Assembly (NCBI GenBank): GCA_050303415.1 | Contig: JBNLBS010000019.1 | Coordinates: forward strand, 16,545-80,544 | DNA from: Methylococcaceae bacterium | GTDB lineage: Bacteria > Pseudomonadota > Gammaproteobacteria > Methylococcales > Methylomonadaceae | DNA length: 64,000 nucleotides | Direction: 5' to 3' | In this document: piece by piece, positions 12,288-22,422 of the stretch | Layout of the letters: every line of letters begins with the position of its first letter | How positions within the stretch are numbered: position 1 is the first letter of the stretch | Translations under genes and position numbers: made by a program | Notes under the pieces: model-generated | Seen by the model: only the letters and a program-made list of their open reading frames with translations | What the model was told of the DNA's origin: nothing | Database searches by the model: none

Positions 12288-12307
12288 GTAAGTAAGCAAT
12301 TACTTAC
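12288..12307. promoter_or_regulatory. Perfect 8-bp inverted repeat GTAAGTAAgcaaTTACTTAC 25 nt upstream of the GGDEF gene start
   Basis: Seen directly in the sequence; candidate operator or leader hairpin. Confidence 0.4.
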
Positions 12308-12331
12308 AATCCTTTCAATTATTTTTCAACC

Positions 12332-13624
12332 ATGAATAAAACTACAGCTGAAGCCTTTGTTTTGCATTTTGCGCAAAAATATTTTTCTTATTTATTACCT
12401 CGCGAAGTACTTGATGCATTAAATACAAAGGAATCCACTGACACAAAAAAACAAAATCAAACCGAATCCAATCCCATTATAGATTGGGAAAATAGGATTT
12501 CTATCCAGTCTCACTGGCAGGGTGTAATTGAAGATAAAGAATCTGACAGAGAAAGATCTATTGCCGAAATTGTTAAACAAGCGCTATTTCACAATAAGAA
12601 ACTGGACGTTAATACCGTAGAAGAGCGATCTTTTTCATTCAACCCTTTTGGAATAGCCGTTAGAAACGAGAAGTTTTTTCTTGTCGGTTCTTATGAAAAC
12701 AGCCTGACGCCCTGCCTGATAAGCCTGGCTAAAATTGTAAACGTAAATCTAACGGATGAAAATTCCATTCCGCCTAAAAAAGACTTTGATTTAAATAGTT
12801 TTTCTGAAACCTACCTCAATCACCCGACCGAACCGAAAATCATTGACACACTCATCGTCGAGTTTCCAAACAAAGCATACTTTTATGTAAAATCACATCC
12901 TCTTAAGTGTGATGAGCTGATCTTATCTGAGCCGACAGGAACGCTAGGCTACTTTACCTTAACGGCCAAAAAGGTAAAAAATACTTTTTTATTACATCAA
13001 TGGTTAAGTTCATTTCATGATGATGCTCAAGTATTAAACCCGCCTTTTATTCGCTATCAAATTAACCGTTCATTCGTTGATAAATTAACCAATTTATACA
13101 ATCGTCAAGCATTCGAACGCCTTGGAACCAGGGAAATTGATCGATATTATCGTGACCATAATAGCTATTTCTCCATCTTGGTAATGGATATAGATCATTT
13201 TAAAAACATAAATGATCTGCATGGCCATTTGTTTGGCGATGAAGTCTTAATAAATGTATCTAACTGCTTACGCGATTATGATGCAATTCGTTATGGTGGA
13301 GAAGAATTTGTTATTTTATTGCCTAATACACATGCTTTCGAGGCAAAGCGAGCAGCCGAACGAATTAGAGAAAATATAGAGTCATTAACTCTAAAAAACA
13401 AGGAAAATGCATTAGTGCCTGTAACCATAAGTATTGGCATAGCTGAATTTCCAACACATTTGCCCGATAAAAACCTAATCAATTTACATGGTAAAGAAAA
13501 CCATAAAACGGATGAAAAAGTAAAAAACAGTTTAATGTTACTAATTACCGAACAAGCTGATAAAGCCCTTTATCAAGCCAAGCAAAAAGGACGAAACAAA
13601 TCGTTTATTTTTTCAAAAGAATAA
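12332..13624 (+). CDS. Diguanylate cyclase (GGDEF domain) with unrecognised ~250-aa N-terminal domain
   Basis: C-terminal LYNRQAFE...MDIDHFKNINDLHGH...RYGGEEFVILLP, a GGEEF active-site motif. Confidence 0.85.
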   Translation: MNKTTAEAFVLHFAQKYFSYLLPREVLDALNTKESTDTKKQNQTESNPIIDWENRISIQSHWQGVIEDKESDRERSIAEIVKQALFHNKKLDVNTVEERSFSFNPFGIAVRNEKFFLVGSYENSLTPCLISLAKIVNVNLTDENSIPPKKDFDLNSFSETYLNHPTEPKIIDTLIVEFPNKAYFYVKSHPLKCDELILSEPTGTLGYFTLTAKKVKNTFLLHQWLSSFHDDAQVLNPPFIRYQINRSFVDKLTNLYNRQAFERLGTREIDRYYRDHNSYFSILVMDIDHFKNINDLHGHLFGDEVLINVSNCLRDYDAIRYGGEEFVILLPNTHAFEAKRAAERIRENIESLTLKNKENALVPVTISIGIAEFPTHLPDKNLINLHGKENHKTDEKVKNSLMLLITEQADKALYQAKQKGRNKSFIFSKE

Positions 13625-13674
13625 AGCAATCTCAAACAACCGCCCCCTGCCGTTTCATTGTTGAATTCAAATTT

Positions 13675-14541
13675 TCAAGCCATCTGCATGGCTTTTAAGG
13701 TTTTAGAACTAAACTCGCGCCTATACAAAACCAACACCACCCATAGTGTCAACAGCATAAACAATACAGGATGCATAAACCACGATAGCGCTGCAAGACT
13801 GAAATAATAGGCTCTCAGACCGTAATTAAAGGTATTGCTGGCCAAATGCAGCACATTTGCGACTTTTTCTGCATATTTTTGACGCACCCTTTCATCCTCA
13901 CCTACTTGTGGCGCACCGCCAACCATCATGATCACCATATTGTATTGACGCATAGACCAGGTAAAAGTGAACACCGCATAGATATAAATAGCAATCAGCA
14001 ACAGCAGTTTTGCAGCTAAAAGATCAAGTGTTTTACAGTCAAAAAAGGCCATTTTGTTCATTGTCGACATGATCTGCTCCAAATTCATCAATCCGGACAA
14101 TAAACCGATCAAAACCAACATCGAAGTTGAGGCAAAAAACGCCACATTTCTTTCCAAAATGGTAAAAAAAGTCGCATCAGCAATACGTATTTCCCGATTG
14201 TTAAACGACTGCATCCAACGCAAAATATATTCATTACGAATATTTTTTAAGCAACTGACATGATGACTTCTGATCCCGGAATAATAACTGTATCCCATCC
14301 AAGCCAAAACCAGCCAAAGTACCGCTATAACATCCAAAAGATACTGATTACTCACATTATTTACTCCATAAATAAAATTTGAGCCTAACACAGTTTTATG
14401 ACACAACAATGACTCAATCAAGGCTGCAATTATATTTAATTTAAGCTTTAACACATAAAAAAAATATCCCACAACAGCCTTTAACGATAAAATAGATATC
14501 CAAGTCCTTCCCGCATATACAGCCTCCCAGATATTTATCAC
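13675..14541 (-). CDS. Polytopic integral membrane protein of unknown function
   Basis: 288 aa, 6-7 predicted TM helices; no recognised motif. Confidence 0.4.
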   Translation of the reverse strand: MINIWEAVYAGRTWISILSLKAVVGYFFYVLKLKLNIIAALIESLLCHKTVLGSNFIYGVNNVSNQYLLDVIAVLWLVLAWMGYSYYSGIRSHHVSCLKNIRNEYILRWMQSFNNREIRIADATFFTILERNVAFFASTSMLVLIGLLSGLMNLEQIMSTMNKMAFFDCKTLDLLAAKLLLLIAIYIYAVFTFTWSMRQYNMVIMMVGGAPQVGEDERVRQKYAEKVANVLHLASNTFNYGLRAYYFSLAALSWFMHPVLFMLLTLWVVLVLYRREFSSKTLKAMQMA

Positions 14542-14565
14542 TTAAGTTTGAGAACATAAAACCCA

Positions 14566-15867
14566 ATGACCTTTAATGAATTAGAGCTATCAGAACCTTT
14601 GCTTAAAGCTATTGCCGAACAAGGTTACACACAACCAACCCCGGTACAGGAACAAGCAATACCTTATATTTTACAAGGCAGAGATATGCTCGCCGGCGCT
14701 CAAACCGGCACAGGGAAAACGGCAGGATTTACTTTACCCCTATTACAACTGCTTCATAATCAAGAGCCGGGAAAAAAACCACGCCCGGTAAGAGCCTTAA
14801 TACTTACCCCGACTCGGGAATTAGCGATTCAGGTCTATGAAAGCGTGTGTACCTATGGCAAACATTTGCCTTTACATGCTGAAGTTGTCTTCGGTGGGGT
14901 CAGCATCAATTCTCAAATTAAACGCTTACAACGCGGCAGCGATATACTTGTCGCCACGCCCGGCCGACTGTTGGACTTGATGTATCAAAAGAAAGTTAAT
15001 CTGTCTCAAGTACAATTCTTTATCCTGGATGAGGCTGACCGGATGCTGGATATGGGCTTTATCAGAGATATTCGCAAAGTCATCGACGCCCTACCCGATC
15101 AAAGACAAAATCTGATGTTTTCAGCAACCTATTCCAAAGAAATAAAAGTTCTGACCGAACAATTGCTGAATGACCCCGCTGAAGTTGCCGTCGCCAGAAA
15201 AAATGCCGCTGCCGACACCGTATCACAACTGGTCTATGCCATTCAAAAAGAAAACAAACGCGAATTAATATCCTGGCTGATTGGCGATGGCAACTGGCAG
15301 CAAGTGTTGGTTTTTGTCAGAACCAAACATGGTGCAGATCGTTTATGTAAACAACTTATTCATGATGGCATTCGCTGTGCCGCGCTACACGGCAACAAAA
15401 GTCAATCGGCCCGCACCAAGGCACTGGAAGGTTTTAAAAACGGGAACATTACCGCGTTAATTGCAACTGATATAGCCGCTCGGGGTATTGATATAGATCA
15501 ACTACCACATGTGATTAATTTTGACCTGCCGGCAGTCGCCGAAGATTACGTTCATCGTATAGGTCGTACGGGTAGAGCCGGTTCACAAGGCCAGGCTATT
15601 TCATTTGTGTCCCCTGAGGAAGCACATTTACTCGGTGCCATTGAAAAACTGCTAAACAAACAAATCCCCAGAGTCGCAGATACGGGATATGCACCAGTTG
15701 CTTTGGATACGGGTAAAAAACCCAAAAACAAGCCAAAGCAAAACAACCATAAACCAGCCGCCAGAAAAAAGGTAAAAACTAAATCTCCCTACGATAACCG
15801 TTCACCAAGAACGAATAAACCCAACAAAAACCGTATCCGAAATAAAACCAGACGATTAAGCAGTTAA
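14566..15867 (+). CDS. rhlE: ATP-dependent DEAD-box RNA helicase (RhlE-like) with basic C-terminal tail
   Basis: Q-motif, AQTGTGKT Walker A, DEAD box ([13 protein letters not shown]), [13 protein letters not shown] motif VI, K/R/N-rich tail. Confidence 0.85.
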   Translation: MTFNELELSEPLLKAIAEQGYTQPTPVQEQAIPYILQGRDMLAGAQTGTGKTAGFTLPLLQLLHNQEPGKKPRPVRALILTPTRELAIQVYESVCTYGKHLPLHAEVVFGGVSINSQIKRLQRGSDILVATPGRLLDLMYQKKVNLSQVQFFILDEADRMLDMGFIRDIRKVIDALPDQRQNLMFSATYSKEIKVLTEQLLNDPAEVAVARKNAAADTVSQLVYAIQKENKRELISWLIGDGNWQQVLVFVRTKHGADRLCKQLIHDGIRCAALHGNKSQSARTKALEGFKNGNITALIATDIAARGIDIDQLPHVINFDLPAVAEDYVHRIGRTGRAGSQGQAISFVSPEEAHLLGAIEKLLNKQIPRVADTGYAPVALDTGKKPKNKPKQNNHKPAARKKVKTKSPYDNRSPRTNKPNKNRIRNKTRRLSS

Positions 15868-15940
15868 TTTACTCTGTCTAAAGCAAAAAAGGCAAGTATT
15901 GCCGAACAAGAAAAAATAAATTTGTTTAAAAGTTATCGGC

Positions 15941-15999
15941 TTGTAATCCATAGATTACAAAACATTGATTTTTTTGTAATCTATGGATTACAAAACATA
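15941..15999. repeat. Two 25-nt near-identical repeats (TTGTAATCCATAGATTACAAAACAT / TTGTAATCTATGGATTACAAAACAT) 9 nt apart. Each core is a 16-nt imperfect palindrome and the two cores are reverse complements of each other
   Basis: Read directly from the sequence; lies in the intergenic region between rhlE and the GlcG-like gene. Confidence 0.6.
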
Positions 16000-16239
16000 A
16001 TTTTTCATGATTTTGCACCAAAATAGTACTTTTGTACAATACAAACACAAAAAACTTGTCCTTATAATCAGATTCAGATTCACTCAGAATGAATCATAAC
16101 AACCAACCGGCATTGCCAACGGATTGGAGGTGATAAGAGAGGGGGGTGGACTTTCCTTATGCTGGAGGGGTTAATTTGAATAGGAATATCTGTATTCCAT
16201 AATGTTTAATTTAATACTCCAAGTTCAGAGGATAATAAT

Positions 16240-17034
16240 ATGAAAAAATATATTTCAATTTTGACGACAAGTTTAATCTTGGCTTCTTCATCCGTTTTTG
16301 CTGATGATGACGATGATGCAAGAGCAATTTGTCAGGATGTCCCAACGCACGAACAACTTAAAACCGCTTTAGATGCTTCTGGTTATAATTCTAATGGTGG
16401 TTTCAACCTTCATATGTGGGGCACCATCGTCAACAGAGACGGTTTTGTTTGTGCAGTTGCCTTCACAGGAACAGAGCGTGGAGACCAATGGCCTGGCAGC
16501 CGTGTAATTTCTGCTGCTAAAGCTTATACAGCAAATGCATACAGTTTAGAAGGCTATGCCCTTTCTACTGCTAATCTGTATGCTTCAGGACAGCCTGGTG
16601 GCAGCTTATGGGGCTTACAGTTCAGCAACCCGACTGACACCAAAGCCGCCTATCGAGGTAACCCAGAAAACTACGGCCAACCCAATGATCCTATGGTAGG
16701 AAGAAAAGTGGGGGGGCAAATCGTCTTTGGTGGCGGTTTTGCACTCTATAATTCAGATGGAGAAATTGTTGGCGGACTCGGTGTCAGTGGAGACACATCC
16801 TGTAAAGACCATAATTTTGGTTGGAAGGTCCGTGACAATCTGAATTTGGACTACGTTCCTAATGGTCCTAGCGGAGCCGGAGACGATAACATCATTTATG
16901 ATATGATTGGCGGAGATATTGACTTTTTAGCTTCTCATGACAACACTATTAGTCCATCGGCTTTCGGACATGTTGATTGTGATTTGGGTGAATCTGGAAT
17001 ATTATTGCCTCCAGTCAAAAAGAACGAACTATAA
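16240..17034 (+). CDS. Secreted protein with GlcG/DUF336-like (putative heme-binding) domain
   Basis: Signal peptide MKKYISILTTSLILASSSVFA followed by a DDDDD run; central GFVCAVAFTG...SRVISAAKAYTANAYS pattern resembles DUF336. Confidence 0.4.
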   Translation: MKKYISILTTSLILASSSVFADDDDDARAICQDVPTHEQLKTALDASGYNSNGGFNLHMWGTIVNRDGFVCAVAFTGTERGDQWPGSRVISAAKAYTANAYSLEGYALSTANLYASGQPGGSLWGLQFSNPTDTKAAYRGNPENYGQPNDPMVGRKVGGQIVFGGGFALYNSDGEIVGGLGVSGDTSCKDHNFGWKVRDNLNLDYVPNGPSGAGDDNIIYDMIGGDIDFLASHDNTISPSAFGHVDCDLGESGILLPPVKKNEL

Positions 17035-17168
17035 TAAATCTGCTCTTTATAGTACTGCATATGTCCGATAGAAACACTATCGGGCATATGTTGATATACT
17101 TAGGATCATTCAATCCATATCTAGTAAAAACAAAAACTTTCAAACTTAAAACTGCTTTAAACTTTCAA

Positions 17169-17963
17169 ATGGCATGCAAAAAATTGTCAATATTGTTTTT
17201 CCCAGTATTATTTTTAATAATTACGGGCTGCAGCATAAAAAAAAACCTTGATCCCGATATATCTTCATTTAGTTGCGCAATTTCTTCGCCTCAAGGTACC
17301 TCAGATAAAGCCACAGAGCTTGCTCATACGATTCAGTTGGAAAACGAAGGCGATAAACAGTTTTTTGCTAAAGACTACGACAACGCTTTCGATTGTTATA
17401 ACCATGCGTTAGAACTTAAAATAAAAAAGTTTGGTTCCAAACATCTATCTCTGATTCCGAATTTATATAATTTGGCTACTGTTTACGAAGTTAAGCAAGA
17501 TTATAAAGCCGCCAATTCTTTATATGGAAGATCACTGAATATTTTAAAAAAACAAAAACGAGCATCTGCTTATAATTCATATCAGGGCTATCAGACAGCC
17601 ATCTACTATAAAACAAACACTTCAAACGATATCATGCAGCTTCAAAACGCATTGTTAGCTTTTCAGCAGATTCATAATCCCACTAATATTCGTGTTGCAG
17701 CAATTCAACATAGACTGGCAAATATTTACCTGACAAACAAAAATTTCTTAAAATCTGAAAACGCTTTCCAGAAAGCTATTTCTATATTGCATAGATATAC
17801 GGGTAACAAACATCCATACTATGCAAAAATATTAACTGATTTTACCAAGCTTCTTGAATTAACAGATAGAACCCAACAGGCATCAAAGTTTAAAAAACAA
17901 GCTGACGTAATTTTTCAAAGCTATCCCAAAAAACTACATACCAAACTTTATTCACCAGATTAA
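17169..17963 (+). CDS. Lipoprotein with TPR-like repeats; likely start MACKKLS at 17169 (lipobox LIITGC)
   Basis: Signal peptide with lipobox, repeated Y/A/L-rich helical motifs (AFDCYNHALELK, LYNLATVYEVKQDYKAANSLYGRSL). Confidence 0.5.
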   Translation: MACKKLSILFFPVLFLIITGCSIKKNLDPDISSFSCAISSPQGTSDKATELAHTIQLENEGDKQFFAKDYDNAFDCYNHALELKIKKFGSKHLSLIPNLYNLATVYEVKQDYKAANSLYGRSLNILKKQKRASAYNSYQGYQTAIYYKTNTSNDIMQLQNALLAFQQIHNPTNIRVAAIQHRLANIYLTNKNFLKSENAFQKAISILHRYTGNKHPYYAKILTDFTKLLELTDRTQQASKFKKQADVIFQSYPKKLHTKLYSPD

Positions 17964-18043
17964 AAAAAGGATTTAGGTTTCCCAAAAATCGACGGGGTCA
18001 AGACTTGCATAGTGCATTTATAAAAAAAGCTTTGGCCATTACC

Positions 18044-18300
18044 CACTCCCCTTACACCACGCCGAGCATCGCAGTTTTTCGGTAAAATAGCCCGAAGGGT
18101 GATCACAAGGATGAGATCATTTGACAGCGGGGCTTGGATGCCCCGTTTGGCAAACCTAGTGAAAAACAAGAAGCTCAGGGGGCTTTCGTGGTGTAGGGTC
18201 GATTTTATTTGGTTACTTTCTTTTGTCGACGCAAAAGAAAGTGACTCGGCTTCGCGGACGAGCCCGCGATTAAAACAGAGGATTCGAAAAAAAATTAAAC
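18044..18300. other. Highly structured non-coding region: long-range inverted repeat (CCCTTACACCACG at 18048 / CGTGGTGTAGGG at 18187) and an 11-bp perfect hairpin ACTTTCTTTTG-tcgacg-CAAAAGAAAGT (18214-18241)
   Basis: Complementarity read directly; no convincing ORF (only repeat-derived antisense ORF). Confidence 0.4.
18106..18167. repeat. Copy A of a ~55-nt hairpin repeat family (core CGGGGCTTGGATGCCCCG)
   Basis: About 80% identical to 37683-37745 over the aligned ~55-nt core (ca. 37683-37741); GGGGC-N6-GCCCC stem-loop. Confidence 0.55.
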
Positions 18301-18606
18301 AAATTGGCTGAAAAACATGATTTAATTTCTCCTCCGCCAAACCCTCTCGGCAATTGCTCCTTCTTTGCCCTACCTTCTGCATCCTTGCAGTTGTCCATCA
18401 GGAGAGGGCTTATCTTCAAATGAAATTGAGAAAAAGGAGGCAAGCCTTAAATTTGACGTTTCATTTTTCCACTACTCAGTTTTTTGACCAAGTGCTAATA
18501 TAGCTCTAGATGATTCACTTTTTCTAAGCTATGTCTAACCGGCTCCAGAATGAAACACTTTGTACTGCAAACCAACATTACCCCACCCTTTCCAAAGCAT
18601 TTAAAA

Positions 18607-19101
18607 ATGGCTTTATTCGGGATGGGCTGCTTTTGGGGGGCGGAACGATGCTTCTGGCAAATTCCGGGTATCTACACTACTGCGGTAGGTTACAGCAATG
18701 GCGAGATTGAAAACCCGACTTATAAACAGGTTTGTACGGGATTAACCGGACATAATGAGGTGGTCAGGGTGGTTTATGATCCAAAACTGACACCCTACCA
18801 GCAATTACTGGAAACTTTTTGGCAAGCACATAATCCTACTCAAGGTATGAGGCAAGGCAATGATATTGGCAGCCAGTACCGCTCCGGTATTTATACCTAT
18901 GATCAACAGCAACTGGAAACAGCGGAAGTATCCAAGCTGCATTATCAAAAGCGTTTGTCACCAGGAGGATTTGCTTCTATTACCACCGAAGTAATACCAG
19001 CCACTACCTTTTATTATGCTGAAGATTACCATCAACAATACCTGGCAAAAAACCCTGACGGATATTGCGGTCTGGGCGGCTTGGGAATACCGTTTAATTA
19101 A
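18607..19101 (+). CDS. msrA: Peptide methionine sulfoxide reductase A; start likely [11 protein letters not shown] at 18607
   Basis: GCFWG catalytic motif, ~165 aa. Confidence 0.9.
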   Translation: MALFGMGCFWGAERCFWQIPGIYTTAVGYSNGEIENPTYKQVCTGLTGHNEVVRVVYDPKLTPYQQLLETFWQAHNPTQGMRQGNDIGSQYRSGIYTYDQQQLETAEVSKLHYQKRLSPGGFASITTEVIPATTFYYAEDYHQQYLAKNPDGYCGLGGLGIPFN

Positions 19102-19683
19102 AACCAACACAATACTATCACAAGTGAAATAGCGTATTAATACTGATCTCAAACCAAATAAAGAAATCTTTTTTATACAATGAAAATTATTTTATTGGCT
19201 TTAAAACATTAAAGCTGGATATTATAACCGTGAAATAAAAAGGGATAATATTGCAATAAGTACTTATAACTACCAGCCTAATAAAAAAGCAATATAATTG
19301 ATTTATATCAATAGGTTATGAATTTTATGCTGATTTTTTTACAAAAAAAAGGTGGTTTAAAACCACCTCAGGATATTAGGAAGGATATAACGCAACTTTT
19401 AGCTGTTAACCTTAAAAATTTAAGGCCTTAAAAGTTAGAATAATAATAGCAATACTTTTTGCAAAGAAAAATGTGACATATTGTCGCACCCCTGATATTG
19501 CACTATTAAATATTCATACTACTTCACATAATCTATAAAAAAATTAGTTTAATTACTTTTATTTATTATCTAAATTACTGACTAAAAATCTTTATTTTCA
19601 ATGTGTTAACAATTTGGCGCATTTTTTTTCATTCAATGTCATAATAAATCGACTAGCAGCAACCGCTTTTTTATATTTAATCC

Positions 19684-21042
19684 ATGTTTGCACAAATATT
19701 ACCCAAATCAGGGCTATCGGCCAGACAAAACCTGGAATGGTTATTCATTCTCAGAAGCCTGATGATCGCCAGTGAAGTCATTCTAATTCTCATTTCCATT
19801 CATGTGTTAAGGATTCACCTACCCCAGGAACAGCTCTGGATGGTAATCATGTCTGTAGCTGCAGTAAACCTCTATACCTGGATGCGATTACAGACCGACG
19901 ATCCGGTGACCGAACTGGAGATTTTTTCCCAACTGGTGATTGATGTTTTCGGCATTGCCTCGTTGCTTTATCTGACTGGCGGCGCCTCCAACCCTATTAT
20001 TTGGGTTTTTTTGTTACCGCTGATTATTACTGCCATAACTTTGCCCCAGTCTTATGCCTGGTATATGGTGATACTTACCAGCTCCATGTATACCATTTTA
20101 ATTGCATACAACATTCCGCTACCCACGATTGAACCCCATATGCCAGATCCGGAACCGGAATTAAGTGATTATGAAATGCTGCTTAAAGCACACACAATAA
20201 GTGACAAGCATTACTTTAACCTACATGTCTTTGGCATGTGGTTTGGTTTTGTTTTCAGTGCCGGTCTGGTTGCTTATTTTGTCGTCGAGTTGGCAAGAAC
20301 CCTAAAGGTTCAGGAACGCAGCCTGGCTGATGCCAGGGAAAATGCACTGCGCGATGAAAAAGTCGTTTCACTGGGCACATTGGCTGCCAGTGCCGCACAT
20401 GATATGGGAACACCGCTGGCCACTATTGCCATCTGTGCTCACGAACTGGAAAAAGATTACCCGGCTCACCGTTTCCCGGATTTGCAACAAAAAACCCAGA
20501 TCATCCAGCAACAATTGGCTCGCTGTAAAGAAGCGTTATCGGTTATGTCGGCCTCAGCCGGAGAAATGCGGGCAGAGTCCGGCGAAGTTATGTTATTAAC
20601 CGAATATATCGATGAAATTTTCAACCAGTGGCGAACTCAAAAACCGGAAACCAAATTAAATTTTTTTATCTCACCCGAGGTTGCTGTCGATGCTAAAATC
20701 ATTGCTGACAGAACGCTGACCCATTCTTTTATTAATATTTTGAATAATGCCGCCGATGCAACGCCAATTGATAAAGGAATAGAGTTTCATGCTGAATGGA
20801 ATTTAAACGAAGCACATTTTAAAATCCGCGACTATGGCCCTGGCTTCCCCCCAGATTTCGACGAATTTGCAGGAAAAAAACCGGTTACCAGCAATAAGAG
20901 CGGCCTTGGGGTGGGCTTGTTCTTAACCAATACAGCAATCAAACGACTGGGTGGAACTATAAGGTTTTATAATATGGAGACGGGTGGTGCTTGCGTTGAA
21001 ATTTCACTACCCCTGTTAATGAGTGAGAATAACCATGACTGA
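19684..21042 (+). CDS. regB: Redox-responsive sensor histidine kinase, RegB/PrrB-like (multi-TM N-terminus)
   Basis: H-box LGTLAASAAHDMGTPLATI, N/G1/G2 boxes (NILNNAADA, GLGVGL), paired with RegA-like regulator with 8-nt overlap. Confidence 0.65.
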   Translation: MFAQILPKSGLSARQNLEWLFILRSLMIASEVILILISIHVLRIHLPQEQLWMVIMSVAAVNLYTWMRLQTDDPVTELEIFSQLVIDVFGIASLLYLTGGASNPIIWVFLLPLIITAITLPQSYAWYMVILTSSMYTILIAYNIPLPTIEPHMPDPEPELSDYEMLLKAHTISDKHYFNLHVFGMWFGFVFSAGLVAYFVVELARTLKVQERSLADARENALRDEKVVSLGTLAASAAHDMGTPLATIAICAHELEKDYPAHRFPDLQQKTQIIQQQLARCKEALSVMSASAGEMRAESGEVMLLTEYIDEIFNQWRTQKPETKLNFFISPEVAVDAKIIADRTLTHSFINILNNAADATPIDKGIEFHAEWNLNEAHFKIRDYGPGFPPDFDEFAGKKPVTSNKSGLGVGLFLTNTAIKRLGGTIRFYNMETGGACVEISLPLLMSENNHD

Positions 21043-21580
21043 AGACATAGACAAGCCCAGGCTGTTACTGGTCGATGATGATGAAACCTTTTGTTTGGTA
21101 TTAAAAAGTGCACTGGAAAAACGTGATTATGAAGTTTTGGTGGCTAATGATGTACAAACAGGTATTGCATTGGCGGAACAACAAGAGCCGGAATATGCCG
21201 TGATTGATCTGCGAATTGGTCATGAATCCGGCCTGGAACTGGTAAAAAAGCTGATCACCCTGGACGGCAACACACAGATAGTGATGCTGACCGGCTTTGC
21301 CAGCATTGCCACAGCCGTTGAAGCCATTAAGCTCGGTGCGATTCATTACTTAACCAAACCGGCCAATGCCGATGAAATTTTAACAGCTCTGCATAAAAAC
21401 GAAGGAGATTCTTCAGTTACGATCAGTGAAAACCCGCTCTCGATAAAACGGCTGGAATGGGAGCATTTACAAAATGTATTAATGCAACACGATGGTAATA
21501 TTTCCGCAGCAGCCAGAGCATTGAATATGCACAGACGAACATTACAACGAAAGCTTGAAAAAAAACCGGTACGGGAATAA
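21035..21580 (+). CDS. regA: Response regulator RegA/PrrA/ActR-like (receiver + Fis-type HTH); start ATG 21035 overlapping kinase stop
   Basis: LLLVDDDETF receiver, C-terminal ISAAARALNMHRRTLQRKL HTH typical of RegA family. Confidence 0.7.
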   Translation: MTEDIDKPRLLLVDDDETFCLVLKSALEKRDYEVLVANDVQTGIALAEQQEPEYAVIDLRIGHESGLELVKKLITLDGNTQIVMLTGFASIATAVEAIKLGAIHYLTKPANADEILTALHKNEGDSSVTISENPLSIKRLEWEHLQNVLMQHDGNISAAARALNMHRRTLQRKLEKKPVRE

Positions 21581-21621
21581 CCCAACAAGGTAAAGGTATG
21601 CCTGAACTATGGAGGAATCCG

Positions 21622-22422
21622 CTATTTCTTTAACACCTGTTTAGCCTCATCCCATAAGGCGTCCAGCTCGGCCAAGCGGCAATCCCTTAAACTTCGCCCT
21701 GATACCTCAACCTGTTGTTCTATATATTGAAAACGACCGGAAAACTTTTTGGTCGCTTCTTTTAACGCAATTTCAGGGTTTACTTTTAAATGTCGGGCCA
21801 GATTAACCACAACCAGTAATAAATCTCCTACTTCTTCCTGAATATGCGCCTGGTCACCCGACTCCCAGGCTTCTTTCACCTCAGACAGTTCTTCTTCCAC
21901 CTTGTCAAAAACCGGCAGCACTTCAGGCCAGTCGAAGCCATGACTGGCCGCCCGGTTTTGTATTTTTTCACATTGCACCAGGGCAGGAAGATTATTGGCT
22001 ACCCCGGATAACACACTATCCGGTTCCCTGCCGTGTCTTTTCCCCTGCCGTTCCTGTGCTTTAGCTTCTTCCCAGGCTTGTTGACGTTGTTCGTCATTGT
22101 CATAAACCACATCGAAAAAAACATGCGGATGACGTCGCACCAGTTTGTCGGAAATGCTTTCCGCCACCTGATCAAAATTAAACAACCCCAGCTCTTCCGC
22201 AATGCGCGAATGAAACACCACTTGCAGCAACAAATCACCCAGCTCCGAGCGCAGATCGTCCAGATCATTACGCTCAATGGCATCGGCAACTTCATAGGCT
22301 TCTTCTATGGTATAAGGAATCAGACTGTAAAAATCCTGCTTAACATCCCATGCACAACCGTCATCAGGATGGCGCAGTTGAGCCATAATTTCCAATAATC
22401 GTTGAGTATTATTAAGACTCAA
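21622..22422 (-). CDS. mazG: Nucleoside triphosphate pyrophosphohydrolase MazG
   Basis: Two MazG EExxE repeats (EEAYEVADAI, EELSEVKEAW), 266 aa. Confidence 0.85.
   Translation of the reverse strand: MSLNNTQRLLEIMAQLRHPDDGCAWDVKQDFYSLIPYTIEEAYEVADAIERNDLDDLRSELGDLLLQVVFHSRIAEELGLFNFDQVAESISDKLVRRHPHVFFDVVYDNDEQRQQAWEEAKAQERQGKRHGREPDSVLSGVANNLPALVQCEKIQNRAASHGFDWPEVLPVFDKVEEELSEVKEAWESGDQAHIQEEVGDLLLVVVNLARHLKVNPEIALKEATKKFSGRFQYIEQQVEVSGRSLRDCRLAELDALWDEAKQVLKK

Noticed and set aside
15941-15999. CRISPR array
   Set aside because: Only two repeat copies with a 9-nt spacer; no cas genes are present. No CRISPR-like arrays were found elsewhere in the window.
16080-16240. Riboswitch in the 160-nt leader of the GlcG-like gene
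   Set aside because: Hairpins are present but I could not match any riboswitch consensus I know (cobalamin, TPP, c-di-GMP, Moco etc.); it is mentioned only as a structured leader.
17960-18382. 140-aa minus-strand ORF, and the similar 37675-37866 ORF, sharing the peptide RGIQAPLS
   Set aside because: The shared peptide is the translation of the intergenic hairpin repeat (CGGGGCATCCAAGCCCCG), so these are repeat-generated ORFs and not genes.
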